Of a DNA stretch of 64,000 nt, positions 13,419-27,300 are shown one piece after another; positions within the stretch are counted from its first letter, which is position 1; every line of letters begins with the position of its first letter. Source of the stretch: Octopus bimaculoides. Taxonomy: Eukaryota. The notes under the pieces are model-generated. The model saw nothing but the letters and a program-made list of their open reading frames with translations, searched no databases and was not told where the DNA came from. Where the stretch lies: positions 51,756,964-51,820,963 of the forward strand of contig NC_068982.1 in assembly GCF_001194135.2 (NCBI RefSeq), read 5' to 3'. A program made the translations under genes and the position numbers.

Positions 13419-15539
13419 ATTATAATTGCCACTCTGCAATTTCTCATTTGTTTGAAGTTATCTTGGACCTTTAAATAAGCAGAAACTTGGTTTTATTTTT
13501 ATTGTTATTTTATCATTCTTTTTTTTTTTGTTTCATTGTTCTTTACCTATTTTAATGAGAAGTATTTTCAAAATTATTGTTATCAATTTTTTAGAAGTTT
13601 TATTAATAATGCTGTCAGACTTATTTTATTTATAAGCAAACAAAATCTTATTTAAACTCTACAAAATTCTTTATACATCTTCTCTGACACCTGCCTCTTT
13701 CCATCTCTCTCTCTCTCTCACACTGTCATTGTTTTCTTCATCATTGTTTTAGCATTCACTTTTCCATTCTTGCACAAATGAGAGTTTATTGACATTGATT
13801 TTTACAACTGGATGCCTTTTGTGTTGCCAACTTTCACTTGTTTCCAAGCAAGGTAATATTTTCCCATAACCGTAGTTTTGCAGAATGAAAATAAATGACT
13901 GATACTCATTTAGAACTAGAATGCGATGTCAAGACAAGGAGACACAAACAAGCACACACACTTTGGCACATGCACATGTATACAATGAGCTACTTTCAGT
14001 TTCTCTCTACCAAATCTACTCAAGGATTTTGTTGTTCTGAAGGCTGTTGTAGAAGGCATTTACCCAAAATGCCACACAGTGAACCCAAAAACCATGTGAT
14101 TGTGAAGCAAACTTCATACCACACAACCAGATTTGTACCTAGTCTTTACAAAAAAAAATCATTCAAAATAAACAGAAATTAGAGATTACAAGTAATATAT
14201 TTTCACAACACCTGAACACAAGCCACAAGAAATTCTATATTGTTAGGCTATTTCTAGATTTTCTTCTCTTTCCTATTATCAATTCATATTAAAATATATG
14301 AATTACCACATTAATTCTTGCAAATAGATTTTCTTCATCACTCGAAAGACTTACAAAAATATATATTTTTAGGGAAATATTCAATACTAAACCATCATGT
14401 TTAGGTGGTTGGTGGTGGTATTTGTTACTAAGCATTTATTTTCAGGGATGGTTTATTTTAAATCCCTTTTGGATACTATCACTGTATATATAATTTTCTT
14501 TCTCTCCCTTCCTCTTCCATTGAACTATGGTTAATGACAAGAGGAACACCCCCACAGGAAGTACACTTTATGTTTTGTAAACTGTCAGTCAGGAAAATGT
14601 TTGAGCATTATTGTACTGGAATAGAAAGGAAGAAGACAAGTGATGAGGAAGTGGGAGTAAGTAGAGACTAGTCAGCATTTTAAGATAGACTACACACACA
14701 CACACACATATATGTATAGTCTATCAGCCTCCACCAATTCCAGTCTTTTTTTTTTTTCCTTCACTTCCAGATTTTGGTATTTTTGTTGCCTTTTCACATA
14801 TCTGATTAAATGCATTTAATAACAAACTATACATATATTTAGTCTGTTGTTTCTGAATTTTGCTTAGGTTAATTTAAACCCTCTCTCTTTTTTTGTTCTT
14901 ACAGGCAGCTATTTTTGGCTGAGTGTTAATTAAATACAACTAAAATTTAAGAAATATATTTTACACTTTTATTCCAACTATTTTTAGATGAAACTATGAA
15001 ACTCTTACCCACAATGAAAATAGACCAATTATTGAAGGAATACATATCAAAATATCTTATAAAAATCAAGAAGGTGTTGGAAAAACTGACTTGATGCCAA
15101 TATGTATTCTGTGCTAAGTTAGTTTGATATCATATTGCTGATCCACTTTCTTATAAGGAATAATCTTTCTTCCTAGTAATATTTACTTACCAAAATGAAA
15201 GTAATTGATCTACTTGCTTCAGTACACAACAGTGAGTAACAAACTTTGTATTTGAATCTGCTGATACATATTAAGAATAAATATGCAAATTATAATTTCA
15301 GATCATGCAGTAGACAGTGCAAATAATGATTAAAAATTTTTTATGTGTATTGCATTCCATCAAAAACCATGCGGGGTGTGATATCCATCCTTCATATCTT
15401 TGAATATGACCAAATTAACAGCTTTACTCATTGTGGGTCTTGAAGTAGCTGCTTTTTATTGGAAATGTGTTTATCTTAGGTTCTCCTTAACATCATGAAA
15501 TTATGAAATTTTTGATTCATAAGAAATAATATATATATA

Positions 15540-15795
15540 TTCTCTCTTTTACTCTTTTACTTGTTTCAGTCATTTGACTGCGGCCATACTGGAGCACCGC
15601 CTTTAGTTGAACAAATCGACCCCAGGACTTATTCTTTGTAAACCTAGTACTTATTCTATCGGTCTCTTTTGCTGAACCGCTAAGTTACGGGGACGTAAAC
15701 GCACCAGCATCGGTTTTCAAGCGATGGTGGGGGGCAAACACAGACACACAAACACACATACATATATATATATATACATATATACATATATACGA
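15540..15795 (-). mobile_element. Young SINE family A 3' half
   Basis: Near-consensus with CpGs retained (gaaccgctaagttacggggacgtaaacgcaccagcatcgg). Confidence 0.85.
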
Positions 15796-17209
15796 CATAT
15801 ATATATATTTAACTTTTTTACATTATTCTGGTACGTAACAATATGGTGAATCATAAATTATTCTCTTAAGACGTCAAATCAGCAAGTACTTGATTATTAT
15901 ACCATTTTTTTCTTTTAGCTGCTTTTGCAGATTCCCATGTCTTTCTATCGCCATCCAATTCCATTGTTAGGAATTTGAATTGGGAGCTTGAGTCATAGTG
16001 AATCTTTCATTAGTTGATTACACAACCATGGACACCACTTCTATGGATGCATTGTAGTTACTCCTTTGAGAGAGCTTGGTGATCCTAACTGTTAATCTAG
16101 GATTTGTCTGCTCAGCATCAATGTAAGAAGCACTGTTGGCTCAGTTGAGATCTTCCGCTATCTCTTCACAATCTGCCATGCTGCGGTCACATGACTTTGT
16201 TGTATCTCTAGCAGGGTGGCTGAATAGGTTCTATACCTTGCCAAAGGGCAGCCCATAACTATGCAGGGCATAGTTGTCACTCCATGAGGTATTTTCAAAA
16301 TACCTACATACCATACTGAAAAATAAGTATTAACATCATTATAAATTCATTGAAGGGTGGTGGGTTGGCAGATTCATTATTATGCTGGACAAAATGCTAA
16401 GCAGTGTTTTGTCCATTTTTATGTTCTGAATTCAAATTCCAATGAGGTTTGTTTTGCTTTTCATTCCTTTGGAGTCAATAAAACAAATACTTGTTGAGCA
16501 CTGAGGTCAATATAATCAATTGCACCCCTGCCTGAAATTTCAGCCCTTCTGCCTGAGTAGAAAGAATTATAGATCAGTTGTTGTTATAATGAGCATTTAG
16601 CTGTAAATTTTCTATTTTAAAACCTTGAATTTTTGTTAAATTAAGATATTCATTATTTATATAACTTCAAAGGGGGAAAAAAAAAAAAAAGCTTCACAGA
16701 GTGGTTACAAAATTAGCATATGAGGTCCAGATTTATTGTGTTTGTGATGTAACGAAAATAAAATTTGAATTAAATTAAGTTTAAGTAAATACAAATTGTA
16801 GAAAAAAATTAATATCTAAATATTTTCCAAAAATTGTGTTTACTTATGTATTTATTTAAGTTCAGACAAAACATTCTTTCCCAGATGTAGCTTATTATAA
16901 CTATCATATGGTTTTAGGGTATATTGAAAAAGATTTCATATTGTTGTTTTTTTTAATGTAGTAAGCACAATGTCTTTAGTCCTTCAATCTTACTTCTGTT
17001 TGAAGACAATCTTTTAATTCCTTTTTTATTCTTAAACTAAAAACTTTGTGTTTTTGTTTGCTTTCCATAGATATTTTTAGAATCATTTTATACACCTGTG
17101 ACAGCTTTCACAGTGGGACTGAACCTGGAACGATGTGGTTGGGAAGCAAGCTTCGTACCACGCAGCCATGCCTGCACCTATATACTGGATTAAAGTTTTC
17201 ATAAAACTC

Positions 17210-17670
17210 TGCTTGTGAAGACCTGTTGAGGCAAGTGAAATCGAAATCGATGACTGGCATCCGTGCTAGTGGAGCGCTAAGAGCACCATCCGAGCGTTGA
17301 CTGGCCTCCATGCCGGTGGCACATAAAAAGCACTATTCAAGTGTGATCGTTACCAGCATTGCCTTACTGGCACATGAAAAAATATTTGAGCGGGGTTGTT
17401 GCCAGTGCCGTTGGACTGGCTCCTGTGCAGGTGGCACGTAAAAAACACCATTTGAGTGTGGCCGTTGCCAGTACAGCCTGACTGGCCCTTGTGCCAGTGG
17501 CACGTAAAAGCACCTACTACACTCTCGGAATGGTTGACATTAGGAAGGGCATTGAGCTGTAGAAACTCTGCCAGATCAGATTGGATCCTGGTGCAGCCGC
17601 CAGTCCTCAGCCAAATCGTCCAACCCATGCTAGCATGGAAAGCAGATGTTAAACGTCGATATGATGATGG
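17210..17670 (+). mobile_element. RTE-type LINE 3'-UTR fragment ending in a (GAT)n tail
   Basis: cattaggaagggcat..agctgtagaaac...ccaacccatgctagcatggaaagcagatgttaaacg..gatatgatgatg; the same 3' end follows RTE ORF2 sequence at 47620-48085. Confidence 0.8.
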
Positions 17671-18840
17671 TTTGTATTAAAAACAATAAGAAAGGGCCCT
17701 AGACTACCTTTGAATTAACAGACTCTAAGTATTAATAGCTACACCTATTAGTCCATTAAAACATAAATTTATGCTTATGAATATTATCAGGTAGTAGGGC
17801 GGTGAGCAGAGAGAATCGTTAGCATTTAGTCTGTCTTTACATTCTAAGTTTTACCAGTTGAGCACTGGAATCGATGTAATTAATTTACCCCCCNNNNNNN
17901 NNNCCCCCCCTACAAAAAAAAAACAAAAAAAAATTGCTGGCCATGTACCAAAATTTGAAACCAATATTAGTAGTAGGTAGTCAAAAGACCCATTTTCCAA
18001 AGTGATATTGCATCAATATTCAGTATCATTACAGTTCATTGAATTGCTTCTTGGATCGACTCTAATATCTGTTTATCTTAGATAACTGGAAGATATGTGG
18101 TAGACCTGCTGAAAAGAGTAACTCAGAAATGTGTCTCCACTGTAGAATTTGAGATAAAAAATACTTGTTCCACGATCAAAGTGTTAAATTTATATTTTTG
18201 TTCTTTAATAATATATAACGAATATATTTCTTATCACTAACTCAAGTAACTCATTCGTTTAATTTGTTCTTGTTGATTCTGTGAAATCTGTCTGTAAAGC
18301 AACATTCATTTATCATGAAAACTTATTCAAATAAATTGTAAGTGTTGGCTAATTATCTCCCTTTACTAAGCTATCTCAATAAATTTTAATTGTTATCTCC
18401 CTTCAAAAATACACCAGACGTAATTCTGTGACGAACAGGTCGTTGAGTGTGGAAGTTCTGAGAACTAGCTCCAAAGGTGTGTGAAAATTAGACAGCTACA
18501 TTCTGACAACTAAATGCTATCTCTGCAGCAGAAACAGAGAAAAATGAACGGTAATATTCTATGCAACAATATCATAAATTGCCAACAGATTTAAAGTTGA
18601 AGTGTCTGAGATACTTCAAATTTACATCCTAATAACTGCACATTTACTAAATGTGACAATTTATTCATTGTTCTTTAATTATTAAACAGTTCACATGAAT
18701 GTTAGTTCTTGTTCAATTGTTCATAATACAATTTCATTTTATGTATTGGCAATTTTGTACAGGAGAGAGAAAAGATACCCCATACTTTTTCCGTCTTACA
18801 AAGTAAAGTAATCTCAGTTAATTTGTTGTTCAATTTTTGT

Positions 18841-18932
18841 GGCGGAAGGTAAAGAATACGCACACCACCCGTTTTCGGCGTAACAAAAATCCTAACCCTA
18901 AACACTAGGTGTGCATATTCTGTACTTTCGCC
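18841..18932. mobile_element. 92-bp hairpin MITE, Merlin-like ends, with a telomere-like spacer
   Basis: TIRs ggcggaaggtaaagaatacgcacacc / ggtgtgcatattctgtactttcgcc; flanks caatttttgt / caatttagt (degenerate TSD of about 9 bp); spacer contains cctaaccctaaac. Confidence 0.65.
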
Positions 18933-21900
18933 CAATTTAGTTGTTTCTGGGAGGTGGATGCAGTACTTCTGTACTTATTTATCGTTAGTAGAGTGCATTC
19001 CAGCAGAGTTTAGTGGGCTTTAAAAAGGTTAGTAATGCTGCTAATAGTTAAATCTATATGCAAATTTTCTTAAAACTTGTTTTGTCCTTCTCAAAACTAA
19101 GACATAGGCACACTAAACACACACACCCAGGGTCCAACTCTATGTAAGATGATGCTTGTTGTCAAGAAATAAATGTAGAGGCTCCAGTGCAATGCTTTGC
19201 TAAGGAGTCTATTATGCTGCTAAAACAGTTCAGATGGCAAGCCTACCAAATAAAAAGGGAAATTGTTTGCCTCTCCATTTTTTATTAATAAGAAGTCAAA
19301 TTAGAGTTTGCATCCACATAATTCTTTCTTATATCATGAACAATTTTAAAACCATTTTAAATTTTATTAAATGTGGCAATATATCCACCCACTTTTTAAT
19401 TCTTTACTGGCCCCATAAAATATTTCCCTCACACATCCATATCATCTTTCATTATTAGTATTTTGATTTCATTGTACTGTTGGGTTGTGCAACATGTGAT
19501 GTATGTGATTTATAGTTTATTATGGAAGAGAAGTCTTTGAGATTGATAGCAAGACTGATATCCAGCATAGATCTTGTATATTATTTGTTTGCATCATTAA
19601 CATTTAAAAATTCCAAGAGGTATGAAATAAATCATTTTTAACAGTAGAATAATTCAAAGTAGATAAAGCTATAGATAATAGCATGTTGTAAGAATATCAG
19701 GTTAAAAAACCCGTTCAATTAGAAAAAAGTCAATGGAAAGACTTCACCTGTTTTCTGTCCAAGGGTTTTTAAAACCTACATGATATTATTTATGGCTATA
19801 TAAACGCTACAAGCTGGCAGAATTGTTAGCTTTGTGGCATTTCGTCCACCTTTACATTCTGAGTTCAAATTCTGCTTAGGTTAACTTTGCCTTTCATCTT
19901 TTCAGGTTTGATAAATTAAGTATCAGTGAAACACTGGGGTCAATATAATCAACTAGCCCCCTCCACCCTCCAGATTTCAGGCCTTGTGCCTATAGCAGAA
20001 ATGCTTTGTCTACTTTGAGTTCTATAGTTAAAAGACAATTTATTTGTTTAGTTTTGAACACTCAGACTAGTATTTAAAGAGTAGATATGGCAAAGGATGT
20101 TCTGTAGAGTAGTAGTTTCGTATTCATATGAAATAATATTTAGCACATTGATGGTAAAGGGGCCATTACTGTTTTCCTCACTAGTACAGCTTTATGAAAT
20201 ATATTTTTTACTTAATAATTTATTATTGAACTACTGACTAATATGTTGTCTGCATAGTTGTCATGTTGTGTTCAAATTAATTTATATAGGTTAGAAAAGC
20301 TGTTGCAATGCCATCTGTTTTACTTTGAATATGAATAATGACAAAATGTACTAAAAAAAGCATTTTGTTATTGTTGAGTACTCTTGGAAATTTTGTTCCT
20401 TGTTTCTTCTACTAATTCTCCACAAAAATCATTTCCATTCCATTCACATTTTAATTCCTAAGTGTCCTTAGTGTCAATTCAGTTGACACAGCTAATATAT
20501 CATTCTCTCATCTATAACTGCTTACTGCATTTATTTCAGAGCCATTCAAGAGTTGATTAATAATGATAAGATACTCTCTTTGTCAAATCTTCAACAAAGT
20601 GGTCCAACAGCTTATCTAGTCAGTCATCTATCATCTCTTTGGATTAATTGCCATTATTTAGTTAAGAGGAAATATGCTTAATTTAGGTTTTGAAACTTTT
20701 TTGATTTTCTTTTTTTTACTTTAAAAAGTTTGACTTAATCTTATCAAAACATTTCAGGTTTGAAATCTAGTACTTGTCAACTCCTTTTTACATAAATAAT
20801 TAGAATTATTTATTTTCCAAACTATTGTAGGTCTAAATTATACAGATTTATATTGAACAAGTCCCCCACCCCCAGAAATTCTTATTAATTCTATAAATAT
20901 TCTCTAACATTTTCAACAAAATTTCTTTTAGCAGTTCTCATGTAAGTTTTTAATAGATTTACAATCAGTTACCCCCAATTAATTTCCTGTTGACCTAATC
21001 ATATATTAATGTATCTGCAGGCTGTATTAAGAGTTNNNNNNNNNNNNNNNNNNNNNNNNNNNNNNNNNNNNNNNNNNNNNNNNNNNNNNNNNNNNNNNNN
21101 NNNNNNNNNNNNNNNNNNNNNNNNNNNNNNNNNNNNNNNNNNNNNNNNNNNNNNNNNNNNNNNNNNNNNNNNNNNNNNNNNNNNNNNNNNNNNAATCTTT
21201 TTTTTTTTAAATATTATTTGTATTCCGTTTTCATTTTAACTGACATTTTCCCATATAATCTGAGTTACATAATTCCGTCCAGCTTGCACATGAAATGATA
21301 CAATCTTATATATTTTGGCACCAATTCAGTCTGCAGTAAATGATTCAGTGTTTTTGTTTTTTTTTCCTTTCCTTCCTTTCCCCTGTCAACACAATGCCAA
21401 AGAACAACTGCCTGAAGGTATCCATTAAATAATAAGCTGGTTTGTTCATTCATTATCATTGTAATTTCTCTGTAAATGAAAAAAAAAAATATCATCCATG
21501 TAAAAAAACAAAAAAAAAGATTTTAAAAAAAAAGGATAGAATGTTGTATCCATCAGCCCAGAATTTTATGGAACCAGTTACATTTTCACTTATAAGAATT
21601 TCTTTTTTGTAAAATAACTATGTAAACAAAATGAACAAAGATGTTTTTAAAAATTTATGAATGCAAACTGTAATTTTAAACATTTCATCAGTCATTTATA
21701 TGTCCTTAAAATAGTTTAATGTTTCTAAAAAAAAACAAAAACAAAAAAAATGTTAAGATTTTAGTAATTCCCACCTCCCTACCATTGTCACTTTTTTTCT
21801 ATTAGAGAAATGAATTCTTGCAGGCAAAATTCCCAAAACAAAAACAATTATTCTCACTTTTCCATTATTCTCACTTTTGTTCATATTTTTGTAAAATGTT

Positions 21901-22769
21901 TTAAATGTCTATTTACAATTTTTTAAGCCTAAATATTAAAAAAAATACTCTTTGTATCATACTTCCTCTATCGGTTTAAATATCCAATCTCTAAATTTTT
22001 CTCATTAAGAAATATGGTTTCTAAGATACTAATTGTTTCTTTTCTGACAAATAGTTTTTCCCCCTCAAAATGAATAAATGTTGAACAAATTCTAACAGTA
22101 GTTCAAAAAGTTTTCCTTTCAACAATGTATAATTTATCTATATCTTAATGCTTTCATCTTTCACTGTCAAGTTATTAATGCAGATTGATTCCATTTTAAG
22201 ACCCTTGTTCGTATTAAACCAAAAATGAGTTTTTTCCTAATTGTCAGTAGCTCATGAACATTTTGCAACTAAAAGCATCAGAATCTTTATAATTACCAGA
22301 CATTTTGTAAGTACAGTAATCTCTTATCATATCATGGTTCATTATTTAAGCTTAATTCGATTCCTCTGTGGTGTTGTTTTGCATTTATAGATTAAATACA
22401 CACAAATTATAAAATAGCCAGTTTAAATGCTGAAGGGTTAAGTTTCTCTTTCTGCTAATGTTATTTTACTATCAAAATCATACAATTAATATTTATAAGA
22501 AAGAAATTACGTTATGCTATATTCATGCATTCTTTCAGATATTAAAGTTTTGGTAAAGTAGCAATTAAGAATAAAAAATGAAATTACTAACTCAGCTCTG
22601 TGCATGCTTACTTTTCTCTACCTGACTTTAGTTGCTTCATACAAATTATAATGTAATAATTTTAACTATTTATAAATTGCTATACTCAAATGTTTTACTC
22701 TTTTTATGTAGAACAGCAGGTCTTGAAACCTGTAGTATATTCATTTAGTAATTGAAATAATAAAAATAG

Positions 22770-23135
22770 CCTTGTAGTCAGAAGTCCTTTCCCTACCCAC
22801 TGTCTTTGGTGCTTGACATTTTAATAGAGAACTCATTTCTCGTCACTATTTGATCCAAAGCTTCTCTGCTAGTTACTATGGGATTTTGCTCCACAAGGGT
22901 TTGCAGGACATCCTCATCGAGCTCTACAGATCTTCTAGGCTGTAGTTTCGGGCTCAGACTTTCTGGAACCACTGTTCACACTGGCTTATACTTATTGTCT
23001 GATTCCCCGTACTTTCTGTTGCGTTGTTGCCTTTATTGAACTCATAAAGCAAAATATGCCCCTTTGTCACCTCCATTATAGCTTAATGCCTAATATCAAT
23101 AAAAAATTATGCATGCAATAAAATAAAAACATAAC
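22770..23135 (-). pseudogene. Deleted mariner transposase N-terminal relic
   Basis: Minus strand reads MEVTKGHILLYEFNKGNNATES...QCEQWFQK...ELDEDVLQTLVEQNP with indels, resembling a mariner HTH region; homologous to 24858-25020. Confidence 0.7.
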
Positions 23136-24080
23136 TTGGTTATTATTTTAACATGATCCTTAGCAAGCATGGTGACACTTCCAGACTCCCTTTGCAAGGC
23201 ATTGCCAGACGTATTGTTAGAGTACTACTAGTATAGATGTGACTGATGGAAATTACCCAAGGGCGTCAATCTGCATGAAAGTATAATTCAGGACTTGTAT
23301 AATGTGCAGAAAAGAAAAAAATTAAATGATCATTACCGTTAAAAGTAAACACTAGTTGAATAAATACAGTAATACCTCACTTTACAAGACCCCAGGTTTA
23401 CGAGTTATATTTTTCAAGCACAATATCCAAATTTTGACCGAAGTGCAAAAGTTTCTACTAACATAACAAATGCTTCAGCATATCACCGAGAAATTTATAA
23501 AGAGCNNNNNNNNNNNNNNNNNNNNNNNNNNNNNNNNNNNNNNNNNNNNNNNNNNNNNNGGAGAAGCTTCTAAGCTAACAACTATAAGTTTTATAGGCAA
23601 AATATTTTTCTGGGAACGACCATTGCTACTAGGGGAAATTGCTCTGCTTTACGACCAACCTCCGGGGAATGAATTAACTCGTATACCCGAGGCACAACTG
23701 TTATTAAATCCGTCACGGGAAAGGGGCGGTTACTCAAATCTTAAAGATTACACATGCAGTGAAGTGACGGTTACTTCCCTTGTAATTAGAACCTAAAAAG
23801 TCTAATATAAAGACAAATTGTAATGTTTGGTGCCCAATGGAAGCCATTCATATTATGACAAAACTGTCAAAAAAAAAAAAAAAAATTGTTAGGACAAATT
23901 ATTTGCTTCAATATTAATTAGTTCACTGATCTATTGAAAACAAACTAACACACACGATATATTTTACTCTTTATGTAAACCCCATTAGGCTATCAAATCT
24001 GAGCAATACCAGTTTCAAATTCTAAGCTGTATCATTAATTACTCTAACAATGAATGTAAGAATTTTCTCAAAGACAGACA

Positions 24081-24119
24081 GCAAAATAAAAATCAAATAA
24101 ATTATGAATACATTTTATT
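24081..24119 (-). terminator. Candidate EFL1 polyadenylation signal AATAAA (24119-24114) with a downstream U-rich element
   Basis: Plus-strand tttatt at 24114-24119, about 85 nt after the stop, followed on the minus strand by tttatttgatttttattttg. More distal sites cannot be excluded. Confidence 0.5.
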
Positions 24120-24202
24120 TTCGGACAATATATCTTAGTTTGTAAAATTACATTCATTAGAATAATTGGTCTCCAACATAAATTTTAAAGAATTAGTAAG
24201 GT

Positions 24203-24391
24203 TTATTTATTTTTCTTTAACGTCCTTTGTTTTTCTGCATGTTCTACAATTTTTTCATTAACCTTTAAACCTTTTCGTTTACGCACTGCATTCATATATG
24301 ACCGAGCCAAATTCTCTGAATCAGCCTTTTCTCCAAAATGTAGATATTCCTCCTCGGTTTGAGGTACCCAGAAGGGATCCATGTCAACAAC
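24203..24391 (-). CDS. EFL1: EFL1 terminal coding exon 21 ([27 protein letters not shown]...[10 protein letters not shown])
   Basis: tatttttag acceptor; stop TAA at 24205-24203; EFL1-specific C-terminus. Confidence 0.97.
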   Translation of the reverse strand, partial: VVDMDPFWVPQTEEEYLHFGEKADSENLARSYMNAVRKRKGLKVNEKIVEHAEKQRTLKKNK

Positions 24392-27300
24392 CTAAAAATA
24401 CAAAAGAACATTAGCTATCATCAATTACTTTTACAAGACATTGTCTACAAGAAATGACTTGAATCCCACAGGCAGACTTCAATATTTTCTACCCAAAAGG
24501 GATTTTCCACCCACTATTAACATTTATATACATAGGAGTGACTGTGTGGTAAGTAGCTTGCTTACCAATTACGTGGTCCGGGTTCAGTCCTACTGCGTGG
24601 CACCTTGGACAAGTGTCTTCCACTATAGCCTCGGGCCGACCCAAGCCTTGAGTGGATTTGGTAGACAAACTGGAAGAAGTCCATCGTGTATGTATGTTTG
24701 TTTGTTTGTTTGTTTGTCCCTCAGCATCGCTTGACAACCAATGCTGATGTGTTTGCGTCCCCGTAACTTAGCAGTTCAGCAAAAGAGACCAATAGAATAA
24801 GTACTAGGCTTACAAATGACAAACAAGAGAGTAAAAGTATATATATATATATTTAGATCCCCATATACTGCATTAATATTCCCCACACTTTCCNNNNNNN
24901 NNNCCACACTTTCCATTGCATTGTTACCTTTATTGAACTTATAAAGTAAAATATGCCCCTTTCTCACATCCATTATAGCTTTGAAAACGTAAATGTTTAA
25001 TTCATGCAATTGAAAAAAAAAAAAAAAAACACATTTATGGGATAACCCACTACACACACACACATGTATGTGTGTAACTTCATGTGCTTCAAGATCTACA
25101 GGTCCCAAAAGAATTATTACAAAGTCATTTAAGAGTATTTGTCAGCTGGAGTTGACCTTCTATCAAGGCTGGGGCAAGTTTTATTTTTTTGAGTGTGGAA
25201 GACTGACAGTTGTCCATGCATGAAAGGCTCTTCTTCATGCCACAGATGTTGTCCAAGGCCATTGCTTTAGCACTAGTGTTGTTGCCATAAGAACACAAAG
25301 GGCCAATCTACCATTTGGGGTGGTTTTATTTATCCAGAAAGGATCAACGACAAAGTTAATCTCAGTGAAATCTGAACTTAGAGCAGGTACCAATTAAGGC
25401 CCTCTATTGCATATGATAGTTCTGCTGGCCATAAAAGAAGTTTAAGAGACTAACCACCCAAAAGGAACTTCTGTATGTTGATAATTATCAAAAAAAAAAG
25501 TCTTAGCATGAAATTAAGTCCTTAAAGTAAACCTAGTAGAAAAAAAATAAATAAAACAGGACTTTGCTACCATTGGGAAGTTTCTCTGCTCAGTATGCAA
25601 AAAAAAAAAAGTGTACAAGAGGGGTAATGGGTTCATAGGCAGGTTATCAGAAAAGGAATCCTTCATCTGTAATAGAAAGAGCATCCAGGAAATAAATATT
25701 TTCAACTGCAGAGAAGTTTCTCTAGAAATAGTTGATAGTTTCTGTTACGTATGTAATATAATTAACAGTGGTGATAGAGTTTTGAAAGTATAGTAGCTAG
25801 AGTAAGAACTGGAGCTATAAGAATGAAGGGCAGATTGCATGATATGTATGAAGTACAGTAACAAAACACTGGGCATTAAATGCAGAAGAATTGCAAAGGC
25901 TGAACATTAAAATGAGACAAATATGCTCTGCTGAGTATGCAATGTTAATGTGCACGAATTATGAAGCATGAATGATCTGGGTGAAATCAGATGTAAAGAG
26001 CAAAAGAGATGAACTGCACAGGTATAATCATGTGACGCATATACAGGATTACAGTTGAGTAAAGACATACCAAGCAATTCAAGTTAAAACACCTTATAGA
26101 AGCTAAAGATCATGGAAGATATAGGAGAAATTATAAAAGCTGGTCTGTAAAGTGGTTGTCATTAGGAAGGACATCCTGCTGTAGAAACCAAGCCAAAACA
26201 TCTGGCCTTACCAGTTCTTGTCAATCCACCCAACCCATGCCAGGATGGAAAATGTTGTTGATGATGATCAGAGAAGGTGGAACCTCACAAAAGAATTGAC
26301 AAAGAAACACATCAAGTGGTGTGATGCCCATGCTGGAGATAACCTATTCAAGGCATGCGAGCAGGAATGAGTGGATATCATGATCATAATAAAGTAATGA
26401 AGTGACAGTACCAGCAGAGTACTAGACAAAATACCTTAGTGTTTAGTAACCAAATCCAAAACTCACTGGCTTTGATCAAAAAGGATTAAGTCAACATAGT
26501 TTGGCTATGTTAGAAATCACTACATATAATCAGTTCTTTTAATTTATCCTTAATTAATCAAAATTTTTCCTTACCTCCCAATGACTAAAACGGAGTTGTG
26601 GACTGGCCAAACCACTTGTTTTTTTCCTGATATCTTCAGCAAAACCAAAGCTTTCAATAATTGGTAGAGCTGCTTCAATATTAAATACCCGAGTACCTTC
26701 TCTCATATCTTCATGAAGTACCTTACCATTGCGCTTTCCAAGTACAGCATAGAGTTTACCTGAAATAAGTGAATATGAACAAGGATTAACAACTACAATC
26801 TTTTTCAAATTAGTGTAGGTAGGATAGCAGTTACAAGTAATCTGACATTTTAAAAAGTACATTCTAAGATTTGCAATTGTAAGTATTTTTTTTTATCTTT
26901 GTTTCTTTTTTCTTGTGTCAGAATGAAGAAGTGTTTGAAACTAATATTTTCTTACTGCCAGAGCCATTGTTTAGACAGCAAAGTATTCTAACTGTTTGGC
27001 CGGTTGAAAGTTAAATGTGTTAATGAAACAAGCAAAATTATGTTTATCATGTACCTTTCGCATGAAGACAATACACTAGTTGTTGAAAATGCTGAATCAA
27101 TGTGCAATCCAGTAATTTTACTGTCAGCAAAGTGTATGAGATTGCATGAAACACTTTTCACTTAACATTAGTGAACCAATAATTGAAATTTATACATGGT
27201 TTAAAACTGAGTTAGCAAGAGCATATTTTCTGACTTAAAAATTCCCAACTAGGAAAAGCTCATATCTATATTACAGAGTAATATTTTTTTATAAATCTAT

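Noticed and set aside
14400-15120. Several plus-strand acceptor-like sites with short frames (GWFILNPFW, DETMKLLPTMKIDQLLKEY, VRKMFEHYCTG)
   Set aside because: Weak or missing donors and no recognisable homology; such sites are expected by chance in T-rich DNA.
15920-16330. Higher-GC stretch that might be an exon or Tc1 relic (minus: ...VV*STNERF...)
   Set aside because: Stops in all frames and only vague motif resemblance; cannot be assigned.
22314-23420. Tigger/pogo-like termini (tacagtaatctc.., tacagtaatacctc..)
   Set aside because: Single degenerate ends without matching partners; too weak to call.
24880-24915. Apparent tandem duplication ccacactttcc around a 10-N gap
   Set aside because: Most likely an unmerged contig overlap (assembly artefact).
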